Positions 49,309 to 50,399 of a DNA stretch of 50,399 nt are shown here, in pieces. The notes beneath the pieces are model-generated. The model did no database searches and was not told the DNA's origin. It saw only the letters and a program-made list of their open reading frames with translations. Origin of the DNA: an uncultured Victivallales bacterium (GTDB taxonomy: Bacteria; Verrucomicrobiota; Kiritimatiellia; UBA8416; CAZWPN01); the NCBI GenBank assembly GCA_964635275.1, contig CAZWPN010000008.1, positions 1 to 50,399 on the forward strand, given 5' to 3'. Both the position numbers and the translations under genes were made by a program. How positions within the stretch are numbered: position 1 is the first letter of the stretch; every line of letters begins with the position of its first letter.

Positions 49309-50399
49309 ACGATAGAATGCGTATGGCGGTTGTTGTGGTGATATCAGGTTTCATCGTGGCGGCGGCTGTCGCTGCTGATGTTGAGATTGTCAAGTCAGGT
49401 TCGGGCGATAAGTTGCCGATCGATATATCGGAACTCAAGGTGCCCATGTCCGCGTCGGGCGCACTGTTTCGGAAAATCCTTAAGGATGATCTCGTCAACT
49501 CAGGATGGTTCACGGTCACGGATCCCAAAGGGTCGCCGCTTGTCGTGTCCGGCACTGCTGACTTAGATGCTTCCGTAGCATCGGTCTCGTGTGACGTTAC
49601 GCACCGTGGCATCAGCAAAAACTACATGAATCAGCGGATAACCGAGAAGCCTGACCAAGTGCGACGCCTGGCGCATCGTTTGTCAGACTCGATTGTCGAG
49701 TCCGTTAAGCAGGTAAAAGGCATGGCGGCTTCACGCATTGCGTTTATCGGGAAGGTGGACGGCGCAAAAGATCTCTACGTTTGCGATGCCGACGGCGGTA
49801 ACCTGATCCGTCTTACACAGCAGCGGTCTCCATGCTTGGGGCCTGCCTGGTGGCCAGATGGCAGCAAGCTGCTGTACATGTCCTTTCACCGGGGGTTCCC
49901 GGACGTATACATGATAGACCTGTCCACCAACCGCCGGACTGTGTTGGCGGCCTATCCCGGACTCAATTCCGGAGGTGATGTGTCTGCGGATGGCCGGCGG
50001 GTTGTGATGACGCTTTCGAAGGACGGTAACCCGGAGCTTTATGTCTTGCACGTGGACGAGAATCGGCTCGTACGCTTGACGCAGACGCCGAAAGTCACCG
50101 AGGCGTCTCCTTCGTGGTCGCCGGACGGGCGCGAAATTGTTTTCGTATCCAATCGCACCGGTCCGCCGCAGCTCCACATTTTGAATCCGGATGGCGGCGA
50201 ACCACGGCAGATCACGTACCGCGGCAGTGAGAATGTGGCGCCGGACTGGGGGCTGAACGGACGAATTGTCTTTACCAGCCGGCGGGACGGCCGCTACGTG
50301 ATATGTGTTTTCGATCAGACGGAAAACACGAATGAACCAGTGGCCACCGACGGCGCTGATTACGAGGATCCGTCCTGGGCGCCTGACGGGCGGCACGTT
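49305..50399 (+). CDS. tolB: TolB (partial, runs off the window; absent from the ORF track)
   Basis: Manual translation from GTG 49305: signal peptide, AHRLSD, RIAF, PD40 repeats (PAWWPDG, LSKDGNPELY, SPSWSPDG, SNRTG.PQL, DPSWAPDG); open to the window end. Confidence 0.92.
   Translation, partial: MNDRMRMAVVVVISGFIVAAAVAADVEIVKSGSGDKLPIDISELKVPMSASGALFRKILKDDLVNSGWFTVTDPKGSPLVVSGTADLDASVASVSCDVTHRGISKNYMNQRITEKPDQVRRLAHRLSDSIVESVKQVKGMAASRIAFIGKVDGAKDLYVCDADGGNLIRLTQQRSPCLGPAWWPDGSKLLYMSFHRGFPDVYMIDLSTNRRTVLAAYPGLNSGGDVSADGRRVVMTLSKDGNPELYVLHVDENRLVRLTQTPKVTEASPSWSPDGREIVFVSNRTGPPQLHILNPDGGEPRQITYRGSENVAPDWGLNGRIVFTSRRDGRYVICVFDQTENTNEPVATDGADYEDPSWAPDGRHV

Noticed and set aside
1-50399. CRISPR arrays, rRNA genes, IS elements
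   Set aside because: None seen; the window is almost fully tiled by identifiable CDSs and the intergenic gaps are short.

Overview
Mostly core-genome window of a GC-rich Gram-negative bacterium. A PVC-superphylum origin (Kiritimatiellia/Lentisphaeria-like) is my inference from gene content and protein style. The first ~2.1 kb is the right end of an element integrated at a tRNA-Gly(TCC) gene: a tyrosine integrase, arm-type repeats and the displaced 3' tRNA half. Housekeeping clusters follow: a membrane protein plus two SPFH proteins; purF-pyrG-carB-carA; amidase, TPR protein, DEDDh exonuclease, MBL hydrolase; smc-suhB; stand-alone IMP cyclohydrolase-queD-PHP-split class I fumarase-fmt-aroB; accD-accA plus a biotin protein; rsmD-coaD-yceD-rpmF-plsX-fabH-fabD-fabG-acpP-fabF; type-2 ileS; DEAD-box helicase; a small basic protein; yajD-uvrD; tolQ-tolR-tolA-tolB (truncated). 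The top finding is the accD-accA operon. Its third gene fuses a complete pyruvate/oxaloacetate carboxyltransferase domain to a full AccB-type BCCP, and no biotin carboxylase is encoded in the window. This suggests either an ATP-independent oxaloacetate:acetyl-CoA transcarboxylase route to malonyl-CoA or a hybrid PC/ACC complex. The second finding is that the integrase carries an HTH domain inserted inside its catalytic domain. All calls come from reading motifs; no searches were run.
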